Shown in pieces: positions 62,682 through 64,000 of a stretch of 64,000 nt of DNA (position 1 is its first letter; each line of letters opens with the position of its first letter). Source of the stretch: Okamejei kenojei (Eukaryota). The stretch lies in contig CM069152.1 of the NCBI GenBank assembly GCA_035221665.1, forward strand, positions 37,758,001 to 37,822,000, written 5' to 3'. The position numbers and the translations under genes were made by a program. The notes under the pieces are model-generated. The model saw nothing but the letters and a program-made list of their open reading frames with translations. It had not been told where the DNA came from and did no database searches.

Positions 62682-63525
62682 GTAAAGCAGGCTTCTTTAC
62701 AGATACAGGAGGGAATGGGCAGGCGAAGAAATGTATAACCTGAGTAATGATTCAAATAGCAGTATTTGTTTGTGGTATCCTAAATAGTTGCATCCAATTG
62801 GTAATCCTTCAAGGATGTTGGAATTTAATTTGGATAAGATACTAAATAAAATAGAAAAGCAAAATAACTCATGCTGGAAAATCTTGATAAGTCAGGTAGC
62901 ATGGGTGGAGAAGAAAACAGAATTGGTTTCAAGATGATTGTTACGGCCCTATTCAAGAAATGTTATTGCCCCACAAAATTCAGCTGCTGAATAACCTGTT
63001 GTCGTATCCTTTGCTTTCATCCCCTTTCTCTCCGTCTCTCCCCCACACTAGTCATCATACCTTTTTCACTGTCTTCTTTTTGTGTTTCACTGTCTGTAAA
63101 ACTCATTATCACCTACCCCACAGCCAACAAGGGACCATTGTGGGTTCCATCTTTTCATGATCATCATTGCTTTGTGCATATCTTTCATTCATTTGTTTTA
63201 TGTACTTTCTATATCTCTCATTTCCCTTTCCCCTGACTCTCGGTCTGCAGAAGGGTCTCGATCCGAAACAACGCCTATTCCTTTTCTCCAGAGATGCTGC
63301 CTGACCCGCTGAGTCACTCCAGCTTTTTGTCTCTATCTTTGTCATATTCAACACCCAGGTAACATTTCCTGTAAGTTCAGTAATCACTCACAGTAGAATG
63401 ATTTTCTATTTAGGGACTTTTGTGGGAGGTGAGGAATGGAAAAGAACGTTTCCTTAAAAAATGAAGTCTTCTTCAACATGTTACAGTTCACTATCTGTTA
63501 AAACACTCTTTTATTCTTTTAACAG

Positions 63526-63567
63526 GAATATATCAGTGGCATCCAGGTGAAGTACAACAAACTATCG
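63526..63567 (+). CDS. PPL: Periplakin exon 6 (EYISGIQVKYNKLS)
   Basis: TTTAACAG| ... TCG|GTGAGT, 42 nt; matches human EQNSELRAKYQKLL. Confidence 0.92.
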
Positions 63568-63805
63568 GTGAGTATGAGAATTTTGTTCCAAAACTGTTTC
63601 AACTCAATTGTGTTCACAGACCAATGTCTTGGATTGGCTTGGCAGTATTAATTAATAATTGTGCTGCAATATTAACAATATCGGGAGAGATAGTGGCTAT
63701 TATTCAAACTCGGTTTTGTAAGTTGAATCTGACAGGCTGTGAAGCCACCGTGGTGTCTAATAGTATCAGCTGTTGGTCAATGTCCATTTGCTTTCTACTG
63801 TGCAG

Positions 63806-63967
63806 AATGGGACGCAGCAGCGGCAGAAAGACTTGTTAAGTCTCCGTGAGTACATGCAGAACTGCACCAATGAGCTGTACTGGATGGACACCCAGGAGGA
63901 AGACCGTCTGCGTTATGACTGGAGTGACCAGAACCTGGATTACAAAAACCGCCATCGACAGTACGAG
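63806..63967 (+). CDS. PPL: Periplakin exon 7 (NGTQQRQKDLLSLREYMQNCTNELYWMD...YDWSDQNLDYKNRHRQYE)
   Basis: TGTGCAG| ... GAG|GTAACT, 162 nt; matches human PPL LQDYMQRCTNELYWLD...YDWSDRNLDYPSRRRQYE (plakin domain). Confidence 0.97.
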
Positions 63968-64000
63968 GTAACTCAGCCGTACAGATGATCTTTTGAAACC

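Noticed and set aside
59100-63967. Envoplakin or desmoplakin instead of periplakin
   Set aside because: YMQNCTNELYW and YDWSDQNLDY...RQYE match periplakin; the recalled envoplakin segment (LQGCTRQL, QDWSDLMADP) differs

Overview
Eukaryotic, repeat-dense vertebrate DNA, most likely a cartilaginous fish (shark or skate/ray), inferred from HE1/V-SINE-like SINEs, HER1/CR1 LINEs, Deu-domain SINEs and abundant Penelope-derived short repeats. The only host gene I can support is periplakin (PPL, + strand): a 38-nt coding exon 1 at 32324-32361, a 26.7-kb intron 1, and exons 2-7 at 59100-63967, all GT-AG and phase-compatible. The gene continues beyond the window. Its promoter is a GC-rich A/B higher-order minisatellite carrying five palindromic RFX X-box-like motifs and many GC boxes. 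The rest is nested transposons: CR1, L1 (with a twin-priming 5' inversion), Tx1, Vingi plus a short Vingi-tailed element, Rex1/Babar, an L2 tail, Penelope (GIY-YIG), hAT and Harbinger MITEs, tandem non-autonomous Helitrons and a 5S-headed DeuSINE. More than 20 short Penelope-derived elements carry an intact or degenerate minimal hammerhead-ribozyme core. Most listed ORFs are TE fragments or spurious. Family names come from recalled motifs, not database searches, and TE boundaries without TSDs are approximate.
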